Below, piece after piece: positions 1 to 13,623 of a DNA stretch of 64,000 nucleotides. Below the pieces are notes generated by a model that made no database searches, was not told the DNA's origin, and was given only the letters and a program-made list of their open reading frames with translations. Made by a program: the position numbers and the translations under genes. The stretch is from Eledone cirrhosa (lineage: Eukaryota). The stretch lies in contig OZ024749.1 in assembly GCA_964016885.1 (NCBI GenBank), positions 42,842,001 to 42,906,000 on the forward strand, in the 5' to 3' direction. Within the stretch, counting starts at the first letter, position 1. The number at the start of each line of letters is the position of its first letter.

Positions 1-47
<47 letters not shown>

Positions 48-152
48 GAGGATAGAGCCAGAGAGGGAGGTGGAAGGGAGAAGAAGTGAGAGCTATGAAA
101 TAAAAAAGCATAGACGGAGCAAGAGAGACTAGAATTCGGTGCATATATATAC

Positions 153-193
<41 letters not shown>

Positions 194-456
194 GAGAGGG
201 TGGGAGAGAGATTAAGAGAGGAAGAGAACAATGAGAGCAAGAGAGAGAGAGAGAGAAGAGCGAGAGAGATTCAATCTAATCAACAGAAAACGTATACTGA
301 CAACAGATATTTATGTGAGAGTAAATTTAGCTGTGTATGAGTGTGTCTATATAGATATATGTGTGTATGCGTATATTATATAGATATGTGTGTGTATACG
401 TATATTATATAGATATATGTCAAACATGTAAGTGTGTATTGCTCAATAAATAACCT

Positions 457-511
<55 letters not shown>

Positions 512-1713
512 ACACATACTTTCATACATATATTTATATATATAAATGTACATACATGAACGCCTGCATAAACATCATAATATTAACGTTTACATATATA
601 TATATATATATAATTTATTTGATGTCTTACATTCTGATTCGATTTACCAACTGACATGTTGAAAGGTAATTAAACAAAATGATGAAATGCCAAGTTTATA
701 TTATTTGTTAAAATCTATTTTTATTCACAGAATAGCAAACTGGGAAATTATACAGCGAGCATTTAGTATGTCTAGATTTGAATTGGCATACATAGAGAAG
801 GTTTTTGTTTAGTTGTTTCGCCTGGAAGACGCAGTTCAGTAAGGCGGAGCACCATTTTTAATCTTTCTATTTTCCTAACTTTTATTTCTCCGGTATTTTT
901 TCTCTCTTTTTGTTGTATGAATGTTTTTACATATAATTCCATTACAGTGTTTTGTTAAAAATCGCAAATCGCCGAGATTTTTTTAGAGCAATAGTTGTAT
1001 TAATTCTTAAACAGGGTATTCTAGAAAAAAATAGAAGAGTGGAACTAGATTTATTTTTATGACCCAGGGTGGTGGCCGATGTTTGAGTTCCTCAGAAAAA
1101 TTTAAGTAGGCTGAGATTTTGTTTTTGAGGGGCGATGGCTTAGATTGGATTGCAGGTATTCACGGTCTCCCTCACTGACTTCCCAGGCCCTGGACAGGTG
1201 TACCTTCAGGTGTTATAAAGTATATAGGCCCGTTTGTTGACTGAGCTGAGGAAGTAAGCGATTTAACCAGATGCCGTCGTCCAGTTTTACACCACCTGGT
1301 CTATGAGTATCTGAGGAGGAACCGCCTTTGTTGTAAGCTTTGAGGACGAGTCCACGATTTGAGGGTGCATTCCGTCCCCCCCACACAGTCTCAGAGTTTA
1401 TAAAAAAAACCGTACCAATGTCTAAACTGTATAAGATAATGGTTTATTATATAGGCACAAGGGCAGCAATTGCTCCAGGTAGAAGGAGCAACGTGAAATA
1501 AAGAGTCTTGCTCAAGGACATAACGCATCGCCGGTCTATATTTCACGTTAATATTTGAGGATGTGTTGATGGCTTATATTAGGAAGTAAGGTCATGAAGA
1601 CATATGTGGTTGGTCTATACTTGACAGAAAACTGAACGATTAAAAGAAGTAATCTTATACAAAATAATTGATTTAATTTTCGATGATTTTTTCTTGCATT
1701 ACATCTATTTAGT

Positions 1714-1851
1714 GAAGGCACGTGGTTGAGTGGTTAGAGAATTGGATTCGCAATCGTGAGGATGTGAGTTCGATTCCCGGCCGAGTGATGCGTTGTGTCC
1801 TTGGGCAAGACACTTTTTTTCACGTTGCTCCTTCTATCTGGAGTTGCGATC

Positions 1852-1893
<42 letters not shown>

Positions 1894-1960
1894 TATTAGC
1901 AATTAGAAAGACCAACGGAAACATTGTTTCCTCGGTCCGATTTGACGAAAGTCGATCGAC
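1714..1960 (+). mobile_element. tRNA-derived SINE, family 2 (full length, internal (GA)n)
   Basis: A-box-like GTGGTTGAGTGG and B-box GAGTTCGATTCC, then GTGTCCTTGGGCAAGACACT core and a tail shared with the copies at 23180-23398 and 29780-29996. Confidence 0.85.
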
Positions 1961-2004
1961 TGTCGACATCTATACAGTTAAGAAAACAAATAAATAGTAC
2001 GCCT

Positions 2005-2612
2005 AACAAAATATTTCCCGATGTGTTGTGTTACATCCCCCTACGTTCTGAGTTCAAATGCTGACCTAATTGGAATTTGTCCTTGTATCCTTCCGTGATA
2101 AAGAAAGAATCATGGTTACATGGGGATCAATATAATCGATATTCCCTACCATAAACACATCTGGCCTTATGCCAATGTTAGAGATCGTTTTATAATAAAA
2201 TTGGATAGAATGGCAGAATCGTCAAAGTGTCGGACAAAATATTTTGTGGCATTTTTTCTGGCTCTAAGACTAAATTTCAAATCCTACCGAGGTTATCTTT
2301 GCCTTTCATCCTAACGGGGTCGATAAAACAAAGTACCAGTAACGTACTGGGGTCGATGTAATCAACTTTCCCTCGCCCCAATTATATCAAAAACCATTAT
2401 TAATAGGGCGTTTGATTGGCAGTATTGGTAGAAGCTCGGACGCCATTCTTTGCAGCATAGAGTTACGGCCCTTTACGGTTTGACTTCAAATCCAGCCGAG
2501 GTTAACTTTGCCTTTCATCCTTACGGGGTCGATAAAACAATGTATCTGATAAAACAAAGTATCTGCACTGGGGTAATTGCTGGCCTTGTGCCAAAAGTAG
2601 AAACAATTATTA
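2005..2612 (+). mobile_element. Cluster of about 3 head-to-tail copies of tRNA-derived SINE family 1
   Basis: Repeated GAGTTCAAATCCCGCCGAGGTTAACTTTGCCTTTCATCCTTACGGGGTCGATAAAATAAAGTACCAG-type core with tail GCTGGCCTTGTGCCAAAAGTAGAAAC; resembles octopus OK/OR-type SINEs, subfamily not assignable by eye. Confidence 0.85.
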
Positions 2613-2726
2613 AATATATATATATATATATAGCTTGGTCTATTCGATTTTTTATATAGTTGATTATGCTAATTGGGAGAGGAAATGGTATATATTTTAT
2701 CTGGTGATTCTATAGACATGTTTTAT

Positions 2727-2764
<38 letters not shown>

Positions 2765-4163
2765 TATATATGTACACACGCATATAAGAAGTGGGGGTGA
2801 TTTTGTTGTGCACGCCTGTGTGTACTTCTGGTTTTTATTTCTACTTAATTTTCACGCTAGAGATAATTAGAACAATATCAAATTCTCCATTTTGTTTTCT
2901 GTCGGTGTTAAGTCCAATTTTGGTTGGATATTGTATAGTAAACTCTTCAGTTACTGGATGTAAAAATGCCACCTTTAATTGGTCTACGTTTATCTCTTGG
3001 TGGTTATGAATGTTGTTATTGTGGTTCATGATGATGATGATGATGATGACATCATTGTTATTGTTGTCGTGTCTGTTTTCTGCAATGTTATTTAAGTCAA
3101 TTTTCACATTTGCATAGGTCAGTGTAGTAGTAGTATTAATAATATTGTTATTATTAGTAGTAGTAATAGTAGTGATGGTGGTAGTGATGTTTGAAATAGT
3201 AACAGTAGTGGCTAGACAGTTGTTTTAAAGGGCGAGGACAGTTTAGTTATATTTCTTTTTATTATTGTTATTGTCGCTGTCTTTTCTCCTTTTTGTGTGC
3301 GATGCGTTGCATATCTTCTGATCCCAACAACATCACCACCAACTGTAGTAACAACCGGGGAACCATAACTATTGTTACAAACCTTTATCATGAGTCAACG
3401 CAAGAGCCTTTATATTGGTTACTCGATTTGACAGAAATAGAAACCAATGTTTTCTCTCAAATTAAGTCACTTGTCAAACCATTACAACGCCGAAATTCTC
3501 GTAAATTATATAGTTTAACTCTTCACAAAACATAGACTGAAAGTGCTCATATTTATATGATGACAACTCATTTAAAAAAAAATCCATCATATATTTCGGG
3601 TTAAAATCCATTCATCAAAAGATTAGTAGAAGAAAGTAGTTTGTAAATGTATATTTTGACTATCTTAAGCTATTTTGTTTTAAATGGCAGATTATAAACA
3701 ACAAAAGTGTATACAGCTTCGAACTAGTTTCTATTAGTCTTTCGATGAAGGGAATTTATCCCGAAATATAAGGGCATACCAAAATATCTGTAAATATATT
3801 TGTGGTTTAATATTAATATTATAAACTGTATAATATTAGATATATACTGTTTGTATGCATTTTTCTCATAATCTTTCTCTAATATATATGTGTGTGTGCA
3901 TGTGTGCATGTGCATGAAACTTTTATGTTGTTGGAAAGTTCTGTAGTGAAATGCCATTGTGCAGAACATGGATTTAGCATCCTGTTCAGTAGAGATCGTT
4001 TCCTGTTTGGCATCCTAATACAAACGGAAAGAAATAAAGTTTCCTCTAAACCCCTTCTGGCATCTTCATAGAGTGACATTTATCATGACAAGGAAATAAG
4101 GAAGATAAATAATGATTCGCTATATTAAAATAAAACATGTATTTGTATGTTAGTATATATATA

Positions 4164-4206
<43 letters not shown>

Positions 4207-4213
4207 TATACAT

Positions 4214-4255
<42 letters not shown>

Positions 4256-4630
4256 GTGCATATGTATGTGTATGTGTGTGTGTGTTTTCCTGTTTATATG
4301 TTTATGTGTGTATATGAAGGTGTAATGTAATGTTTAGTAAGAATATTGATTTTTCTATATAAGGATATTATGTTAACCTATGAATAAAACTCGCACCCTG
4401 GTGAGTTTTAAGAGTAGGAGTGACAGGTTAGACTACGGGCTGAAATCACCTGAGCTATCTGTCGCTGTCAATACCTATCACATTGATAATAATAAAGAAA
4501 AAACTTGAACAGAGCAAGTTCCGTATTTCCCATGTTATGAAACATGGTTTTGTTTCTTGTCAAAACCAAATCATATTTTCTTGATAGTTTCTTCTTGGCT
4601 TCCCGTAAAAGCAACCACGCTTATCTTATA

Positions 4631-4682
<52 letters not shown>

Positions 4683-4901
4683 TAATAATAATAATAAGCG
4701 TGGTTGCTTTAATGGGAAGATGGAAAGTTTATATATATATAATAATAATAAGCGTGGTTGATTTAACGAGAAGATGGAAAGTTTATATATATATACACAG
4801 TATATATATGATGAAAACAAAAATATTATTGCTTGATGATGTTTGTTTTTGAAATGCGCATAATAAAATATATGGAACTCCTTTAACCATCTTTTGATCT
4901 C

Positions 4902-4954
<53 letters not shown>

Positions 4955-5160
4955 TTCCTTTGTTACTCTAAATATAGTTTTTAAAGAATTCACTTTTCTT
5001 TAAACCCATCAACCAATGACCTCCACCCATCCCAATCCCCACCCTCTCCTACCACCAGAAAAGATATAAATACCACCATATTATCTGGACAGTCGGCTTC
5101 CTGATGATTTCTCCCGAATGAAACATTTCTAGTCCTAGAAGCCTTTTCTATATTAAATAT
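4955..5160 (+). mobile_element. PLE pLTR-like element (family B) in (TA)n with HHR motif
   Basis: CCAAT (5013) and TATAAATA (5065), then GGCTTC-CTGATGA-TTTC tccc GAAT-GAAAC...GAAGCC; homologous copy at 13690-13835 (-) and upstream fragment at 18590-18655 (-). Confidence 0.65.
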
Positions 5161-5859
5161 ATATATATATATATATATATAACCTGATTAGTTCTATCGT
5201 TCCTTTGGTATATATTGTGTGTTAGTTTCGCCTACCACAATGTTCGATTTGTCAAGCTATTTAAACGTATGTTATAACTCTGAGACCTATCTTATCGAGT
5301 GCTTTGCTAACTCATCATTTCATATAAGTAGGCCGAATTTACTTGCAAACCGCCAGAGATTCGATTTTACTGATTTCCAATTATATATATATATAAACTT
5401 TCCATCTTTCCACTCATTAAAGTTTGAGAAATATATTTTTGTTGTGTAACAGTGGGTAAACATGACAGTGCTCCATTGTCTGGTTCACTTCTCTACATTT
5501 CAAGACTTGTTCTCAGGTGACAGTCTTGCGGAGCCAGTAGATAGCTTTTCAGAAGAGCAGATTTCCCTGTTAGTTGTTGAAGGGTTTCCTTTGTCTAAGA
5601 CGGGAATCTTGTCACCTCTCGAAATTTTGTTAGAATCTAGACATGGGTAAGAAAACTTCTAGACATAAGTGTTACTGATAGCAAAGATTTCCATGAGTTT
5701 TAGGAGGACAAACTCTTAACTCCCCGGGTTCATAACCTAGTTATGATTCTCGGTGGGAGCTATCTTGTGTCAAGTTGTATAGGGGTGGGTGTTTTCTCAG
5801 CAGAGGTTGATTAAATATCTGATGCATTTGTCTGAAATCAACATCATGAAAGGCAAACG

Positions 5860-6190
5860 GGGTCCATAATATAAAGTACCAGTCACGCACTGGGGTCGAT
5901 TTAATCGACTTTCCCCTCCCCCAAAATTGCTGGCCTTGTGCCTATATAAGAAACCATTATGAATAAAGGAGGTGAATTGGCAGTATTGGTGCAGCGTTGA
6001 ACACCATACTTTCTGGCATAGAGTTACGGAACTTTACGATCTGAATTCAAATTCAACCGAGGTTAACTTTGCCTTTCATCCTTACGGTGTAAATAAAGTA
6101 AAGTACCAGTAACCCACTGGAGTCAATTTAAATCGACTTCCCACTTCCCCTTCAAAATGCTGGCCTTGTACAAAATGTACAAAATTGTTG
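5860..6190 (+). mobile_element. SINE family 1, two tandem copies
   Basis: Same core and tail as at 2005-2612. Confidence 0.8.
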
Positions 6191-7199
6191 AAAGAATTAT
6201 TATTATATAGAATCCGCTGAGGAGAAACAAAAAATTGCTGAGACTGGAGATAGAAAACGCATCACGTTCTGAAGTCTGCGATAGTAATTGTCGATTACAA
6301 AGTTTTATCGATTATTCCACCCACTGTGTTCTACATATTCCATAATAACTAGTTATTGTCAGTTAGTATATTAAAGATATTCTATGAAACCTTTTACCAA
6401 CTTTAGTACACTTCTTATTAAATATCTTCACTCGCATAGCAAACATCTAAACTTACATTTCTTACTGACGAACACAAATGTAGACATTTTAAAGTCACAT
6501 CTGTGTCTCCTGGGTTTGTCTAACACACCGTAATATATAATATTGTATAATTATCACAAAAACTTTGAAGTTCTCCAGACCTGAACTATTCTTACCAAAT
6601 AATATGATTAGAAGTTTAAAGTCTGGAAATAAACGATGTTGTGTACAATATTATGAGAGGAATGGGTAACAGTCTCTAGCATTATCTTTCGAAAATATAT
6701 AATTTTAAGGTTGCAGAAACTGATGGAAACTCGACTGAATTCTAAAAGATTTTTGTAATTAAATCAGTCTTTATTGTTGGTTTCTATTGTTTTCTAACGT
6801 TCGTGATTTCAAAGTTGCGGGTGGACGTTGACTTCAGACAGTTGCACTTTGTTAGTTGAATTTGGTAAATTACAGGTAGTGGTATAAACGATATAATCGA
6901 TAATGAGGGTTATTGATTTATCAATTTAGATAGACAATATGTAAAGAAAAGTTAGTTCCTATATGTCTTGAACTTGAAACTTGGGAAACAAAGAACTAAC
7001 ACCACTAAAGCATTCAATCGCAGTACTATACAAGAAGAGCGGTGACCTTTCTATTCATAAAATTATAGTTCAAATTCGCTGTAGACAGATTCCATGTATA
7101 AAGGAAAACAGTTAATTTACATTTTCTCCAGTTCATCTATGAGTTCTAAATTCACCAGAACCTGGTTCACGAAACGCCTCTGATCACGTACAATTTTCC

Positions 7200-8060
7200 G
7201 AACATAAAACTTCTTTGCGGCATACGTTCTGGGTTCAGATTCCGCCGAGGTTAGCTTTGTCTTTCATTCTTATGGAATCGGTAAATTAAAGTACCAGTAA
7301 TACACTGGGTCGATTTAATCGACTTTTCTTTCCTCCAAAAATAATTGACCTTGTAACTAAATCAGAACCCATTATTATTAGTAATAAGGGCGGTGGATTG
7401 GCAGTAACGGTAGAGACTCGGATGCTATGCTTTGCAGCATAGAGTTACACCCCTTTACGATCTCAGTTCAAATCCCGCCGAGGTTAACTTTGCCTTTCAT
7501 CCTTACGGAGTTGATAAAATAAAACACCAGTAATGTACTGCGATAATTGCTGGCCTTGTGCCAAAAATAGAAACAATTATTATTAGTAGTAATAGTAGTA
7601 GCTGTTTTACTTCAGGCGGTGGATGAGCAGAATCGTTAGAGCTTCCGATAAATGAGTATATGTATTTGTTCCGACTGTTTGTTTTCTGAGTTCAAATGCT
7701 GTCGAGGTCACATTTGCCTTTCGTTGCTACCCGAGGTCTATAACATAAAGTGCCAGTTATAACTGGAGGTAATTTAATCAACTTTCCCTTCTTCTAAAAT
7801 ATACTCCCTGCTCATGATAGAAATCATAGTTGTTAGTTTTAGAGGTAGTTATCGATATAAATATTGTTAGTAGTAGTGGTAGGGTAATCGATTGGCAAAA
7901 TGCTTAGATCGTTCGGCTTTTTACTTTCTGTGTTCAAATCCCACCGAGTTTATCTTTACCTTTCATCCCTCCCAGGTTGAGAAAATAAAGTACCAGTCAC
8001 ATAATCAATGTTCACCTCCAAACAAGTTGTTTGCCTTGTGGCTACACTAGAAATCAATAT
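7200..8060 (+). mobile_element. SINE family 1, array of about 4 copies
   Basis: Repeated GGCGGTGGATTGGCAG head, GTTCAAATCCC B-box and GCCTTTCATCC core. Confidence 0.85.
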
Positions 8061-8129
8061 TGGGAGATGAAAGAGAAAATTGGTTTCCGATATAGCTTTC
8101 ATCTTTCATATATATATATATATATATTT

Positions 8130-8488
8130 TTTTTTTAGTCACGATGCACTTTAGAACATGTAAAAATACTTTGGCGCACATTCGAAAATTTATGTTTACA
8201 TATTAGCATAGCATAAAGTAGAAATATAGATAATTAAAAATACTGAAAAAAGTATTAGTATTTCCTTTTATTAATCAATAAATGAATCAAAGTTATCGAT
8301 GAGAAACATGCTCTTGATGATTTTTGGCAATGTTTTCATTCTTAATTTAGTGCTTTGCCACTTAGACTGTCGTTATATAGCAACTTTATTACACATTTCA
8401 ATTTGTATTTATCACGTTTTGAATTTGGATCCTTGTCTATCGCGCCACGCCGGATTACACCTGGCGGCACAGGTTTGTGAACCACTGG
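8130..8488 (+). mobile_element. Decayed hAT-type non-autonomous element
   Basis: 3' end CGCGCCACGCCGG...GGCGGCACAGGTTTGTGAACCACTG resembles hAT/Charlie CAGTG-type termini; 5' end degraded. Confidence 0.35.
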
Positions 8489-8647
8489 ACTATACGACAG
8501 GTTCTAACGAAATATAGATGTCAATTTAGCTGAAAAAATTGTGAATTCGTGTCAAAGTTTAATACCACTTCAACCCACTATTCACTGTCTAGACAAAAGT
8601 GAATCACAGCAACTGATACATGTATGTTCGATGGCTATCCTGGGGGT

Positions 8648-8768
8648 AAACACCACTAATATCTCCTCTACTACGACCACCGCTACGAACACCACTAATA
8701 TCTCCACTACTACGACCACCGCTAATAACACCACTAATATCTCCACTACTACGACCACCGCTAATAAC
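8648..8768. repeat. 39-bp minisatellite x3 (AACACCACTAATATCTCCACTACTACGACCACCGCTAAT)
   Basis: Direct tandem units visible. Confidence 0.9.
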
Positions 8769-8769
8769 A

Positions 8770-9100
8770 GTAATGGTTTCTGATTTATGCACAAGGCCAG
8801 AAATTCTGGGGGAGGGGAAAGTCGATTAACTCTCGACACCAGTGCATTACTGGTGCTTTATTTTGTCGACCCCGTAAGGATGAAAGGCAAAGTAAACCTC
8901 GGTGGGATTCGAAATCAGAACGTAAGGGGTCATAACTCTATGTTGCAAAGCATAGTGTCAGACACGCTACCGGTGTCTCTAACTTTGGAAATAGACTAGC
9001 AATGTTTTTTTGGGAAAAGGAACTACGATTATATCAATCCTAATACATAACTGGTACTTTATTTTATCGATCTAAAATTACTGAAAAGCAAATTTGACGT
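8770..9100 (-). mobile_element. SINE family 1 copies
   Basis: Reverse complement of core (CGACCCCGTAAGGATGAAAGGCAAAG). Confidence 0.8.
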
Positions 9101-9477
9101 CAAGCTTGCCTACGCCTACGTACTTCTAGAAACTTTGTCGCAACTGTCTAATAACAAAATAATAAATGTTTATGTATTGACTGACTTTATGCACAATATT
9201 TAGTAGGTTCTTTAATTAGGTATAAATATTTTCACGACATCAATATAAAGAGGAAGATTTTATAGTTTGTCTGAAGCATCTAACTATTAGTGTTGGTTAT
9301 CATTCTGGTACTTTATTAATAGAATCACACCTAGACAATTGAATTGAGTAAAGAGAAATATATGAGCCTCCGAAGAATATTCCTCTTTTTTTATGAGGTA
9401 GTTCTAGTTTTAATTATCTTCTGATTATGTCATCATCATCGTTAATATCTATTTTTATTAATATTATCATTATTATT

Positions 9478-9860
9478 AATTGGCAGTATCGGTAGAGGGT
9501 AGGGCGCCATGTTTTCAGCACAGAGTTACGGCCCTTTATTGCCTGAGTTCAAATCCCACCGAGGTTAACTTTGCCTTTCATCCTTACGGGGTCGATAAAA
9601 TAAAGTACCAGTAATGCACTAGGATAATTGCTGGCCTTGTGCCAAAAGTAGTATTATTGTTATGGCAGAATCAGAGAACATGCTTATCGGCATAGCGTTA
9701 CGTCCCTTTACCGTCTGATTTTAAATCCCACCGAGGTTAGTTTTGCCTTTCATCCTTACGTGGGTCGATAAAATAAAGTACCAGTAACGCACTGGGGTCG
9801 ATTTAGTAGACTTTCTCCAACCTCAAAATTGCTGGCCTTGTGCCTATACTAGAAATCATT
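9478..9860 (+). mobile_element. SINE family 1, two tandem copies
   Basis: Core and tail present twice. Confidence 0.85.
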
Positions 9861-10069
9861 ATTATTAGCATTATTACCACCATCATTATAATTATCATCA
9901 TCATCACCATCACCATCATTATTATTAATTATACTAAAACTTCGCATTAGCTCTTTTCATTAATTCCAAATTAGTTCATTTCAATAATTTAATTACTTTA
10001 TATTGAAGCGTCTGAATGTAAAGAAAAAGAAAGAAAGAAAGAATAATAGAAATAATTCGCTTCTTGCAC

Positions 10070-10362
10070 AACAACTACAACCACCAACACCAACACCGCC
10101 ACCACCACCACAACGAACCACCTCCACAAACCACCACCGCGAACCAGCACCACCAACTCTACATCGAACCACCACCACCACCACCACCACCACGAACCAC
10201 CATCATCACGCACCTGCACCAACAGCACTATCAACTCTACTCCGAACCACCACCAACGTCACCACGAGCCCTCACCAGCAGCGCCACCAACACCACTATC
10301 AACTCTACTCCGAACCACCACTAACGTCACCACGAGCCCTCACCGCCACCGCCACCTCCACT
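10070..10362. repeat. (ACC)n-rich low-complexity tract with internal duplication
   Basis: CACTATCAACTCTACTCCGAACCACCAC..AACGTCACCACGAGCCCTCACC occurs twice. Confidence 0.85.
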
Positions 10363-10377
10363 TCTGCTAAGATCATA

Positions 10378-10558
10378 ATTGTTTCTGCTTTTGGCACAAG
10401 GCCAGCAAATACCCAGTACATTACTGGTACTTTATTTTATCGACCCCGTAAGGATGAAAGGCAAAGTTAACCTCGGCGGGATTTGAACTCAGACTGTAAA
10501 GGGACGTAACTATGCTAGAAAGCATGGCGTCCAACCCTCTACAGATACTGCCAATTCA
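10378..10558 (-). mobile_element. SINE family 1
   Basis: Near full-length reverse copy. Confidence 0.85.
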
Positions 10559-11081
10559 CAATGATGAGTTTACAGAAATTAGTTCTCATATTCAGCATTA
10601 TTATGCAATGATTTAATTGAAATTACTACATTTTCACATTTTCATTTGATTGCTTCATTCTTTTCTTTTCTTTTTTTTTTCTTTTTTTTACAAATATTTA
10701 TGATTAAGATAAATAATTTATATAAATTTTATTTAAATAACCTAGAAATATGCCATCTTTTGCATAAACACTTCTTATATAAAATGTTTCACATCCTTAT
10801 TATAGGACACAGCACTTCGGTGTGAATCGAACACAAGACCTTACGATCGTGGGTCGAACAACTAACAACTAAGCTACATACCTTCACGAATACCACCATA
10901 AGAAACCATTAAATACACACTATATCTATGTATTCTCTCCCTCACTGTGCATATGTATGTGTGTATATATTACATTTCTATAATGCACAATGTTGCATAT
11001 GGATTAGCGAAACTGCGCAGTGGGGACTTTGAGGAAAAAATAGGTATATTTTTGTTTATTACTTCCTCTTACTTTGTAATT

Positions 11082-11114
<33 letters not shown>

Positions 11115-11120
<6 letters not shown>

Positions 11121-11225
11121 AAACAGGCTAAAGTTTAAGCAAAGAATCGATGCCTTCAGCCTTAACGGGATCTTCTGAAAGCCCTCTCCTCCCCGGATTT
11201 TAGTCTGCACATTTATTACTATATA
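11115..11225 (-). mobile_element. (TA)n-embedded element family C with variant HHR motif
   Basis: Homologous to 34130-34290 (+) and 63130-63270 (-); minus strand reads TTTCAGAAGATCCCGTTAAGGCTGAAGGCATCGATTCTTTGCTTAAAC. Confidence 0.6.
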
Positions 11226-11244
11226 TTTGTATGTATATATATAT

Positions 11245-11275
<31 letters not shown>

Positions 11276-11277
11276 AT

Positions 11278-11412
11278 GATTAAACCAGTATTAAACTAAA
11301 ACCATTATTCAACAGAGTATTGGATACTTGGGATAGCAGATTGTGACAATATTAGAAAAAGTAAGGGGCTCGACGACTGAGCTCTTGCTGTTTCAACAGC
11401 TAGTCCCGACGC
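11278..11412 (-). mobile_element. Divergent family A element (half-HHR, no inverted arm)
   Basis: Minus strand GTCGGGACTAGCTGTTGAAACAGCAAGAGCTCAGTCGTC-GAGCCCC followed by a tail similar to family A. Confidence 0.6.
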
Positions 11413-11421
11413 TTTCTAAGA

Positions 11422-11588
11422 TGTGGTGACGGTGTGACAGGAGTGTAGGTGGTCTTATGTGACGGTGGTGATGGGAGTGTAGGTGGTCTTATGTGACGGT
11501 GGTCTTATGTGACGGTGATGGGAGTGTAGGTGGTCTTATGTGACGGTGTGACTGGAGTGTAGGTGGTCTAATGTGACGGTGATGGGAT
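11422..11588. repeat. ~31-34-bp minisatellite (GTGACGGTG..GGAGTGTAGGTGGTCTTAT) x~5
   Basis: Direct tandem units. Confidence 0.85.
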
Positions 11589-11734
11589 CTTTCCTGTTGT
11601 TCTGCCTGGGGTATAAATACACAAAAAAAACCTCCAAAAAAATTAAACAAAATAATGATGGTAGTGGTGAGAGGAAAGCAAGTGAGGATAGAAAAATAAA
11701 GACAGAAAAAGTAAAAGGGGAAAAAAGAAACATT

Positions 11735-12083
<349 letters not shown>

Positions 12084-12281
12084 ATAGGAAAAAGTATGAT
12101 CCCGACGGCAGAGCTCAAGCCGTTTTGACGTCTATTTCTGGGTATGTCCAGAAATAGCCGTCGAAATGGCTTGAGCTCTGCCGTCGGGGTCATACTTTTT
12201 CCTATTTCCCACTCTTCTACCCTAAGTATTGAGTACTCTGGTGCGTTATGGTCCATCTGGTTCCTTACCACAATTCCTTTG

Positions 12282-12283
<2 letters not shown>
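12084..12283 (+). mobile_element. Family A palindromic element in (TA)n (half-hammerhead plus fixed 3' tail)
   Basis: ~58-bp inverted arms around GGGTATGTCC; sense arm GTCCAGAAATAGCCGTC-GAAAT-GGC ttgagctct GCC-GTC-GGGGTC; tail ends CCTTACCACAATTCCTTTGTT then (TA)n. Confidence 0.85.
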
Positions 12284-12341
<58 letters not shown>

Positions 12342-12741
12342 ATATATCTATACATATACATATTTACATACACATATCTATACATATGTATACATACACA
12401 CACACGCACACACACATTCATATACACATACATATATCTATACATATACACATTCATATACACATATATGTATGTATGTATATGCATAGATATATGTATC
12501 TATGCATATACATACATACATATATCTATGTATATACATACATACATATATCTATGCATATACATACATACATATATCTATGCATATACATACATACATC
12601 TATGCATATACATACATACATATATCTATGCTATGCATATACATACATATATCTATGCATACATATATCTATGCATATACATATATCTATACATACATAT
12701 ATCTATGCATATACATACATACATATATCTATGCATATACA

Positions 12742-12819
<78 letters not shown>

Positions 12820-13021
12820 TGTGTGTGTGTGCGCGTGTGTGAAGAGAGAAAGAAAGAGAAAGAGAAAGGAAGACGGACGATACAGCTTCGTTCTCTTCTT
12901 TGACATTTTACCTAACTTTTGACATTTGGGGATTTAGTTGTTTTTTCTTGTTAAAAAATGTTTCCTTTTCCATGAGCAGGATACAACCAATAATAATAGT
13001 GATGATGATGATGATGATAAT

Positions 13022-13228
13022 AATGGGTTCTGATTTAAGCACAAGGCCAGCAAATTTGGGAGAAAGGGAAGTCGATTAAATCGACCCTAGTGCATTACTG
13101 GTACTTTATTTTATCGATCCCGTAAGGATGAAATCAAACATAACCTCGACGGGATTTGAACTCAAAATGTCAAGGGCCTTAACTATGCTGCAAAGCATGG
13201 GGTCCGACGCTCTAACGATACTGCAAAT
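13022..13228 (-). mobile_element. SINE family 1
   Basis: Reverse copy with core and head. Confidence 0.8.
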
Positions 13229-13237
13229 CTCTATATA

Positions 13238-13430
13238 TACGACGGTAATCCCAAAATTAAGGTCTCCAGAGAAACTGTTCGTACGTCTGTTGGCAACACT
13301 GTTGTGATTGGTGCTTCCTTCACTCCCAAATAAGCATTCACTGGGATGCTCAATCTTGGCTTGGCAGCCGTTGAGAATGGAGCTCCCGTTGAACGCTACT
13401 GCCAAGTGCGAATTTCGCGCAGTTATTATA
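13238..13430 (+). mobile_element. Mariner 5' fragment (left TIR plus transposase N-terminus)
   Basis: TACGACGGTAATCCCAAAATTAAGGTCTCC TIR; ATG at 13377 encodes MELPLNATAKCEFRAVI, like mariner N-termini. Confidence 0.7.
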
Positions 13431-13623
13431 TACGAAGGCAATCCCAAAAGTAAGGTCTCCTTCCGAGGAAAACATGCGTAAAGATCGGCGGATCACTCTG
13501 GATGCTCTCTGCATTTTGGATCCTGAGGTTTCCCGAAGCACCATCCACAGGATTTTAACGGAAAAGTTGCAATATCGGAATTTGCAATGTCGGAAGGAGA
13601 CCTTACTTTTGGGATTGCCCTCG

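Noticed and set aside
900-1400. Complex GC-richer segments (also 5460-5850, 44050-44320)
   Set aside because: Probably decayed retroelements, but the frames I translated gave no recognisable motif
1714-1790. tRNA gene-like sequence (also 21025, 23330, 29780)
   Set aside because: Imperfect cloverleaf continuing into the SINE core; SINE heads rather than tRNA genes
2841-3107. 88-aa minus-strand ORF
   Set aside because: Partly trinucleotide repeat, no recognisable motif, no ATG start or splice support
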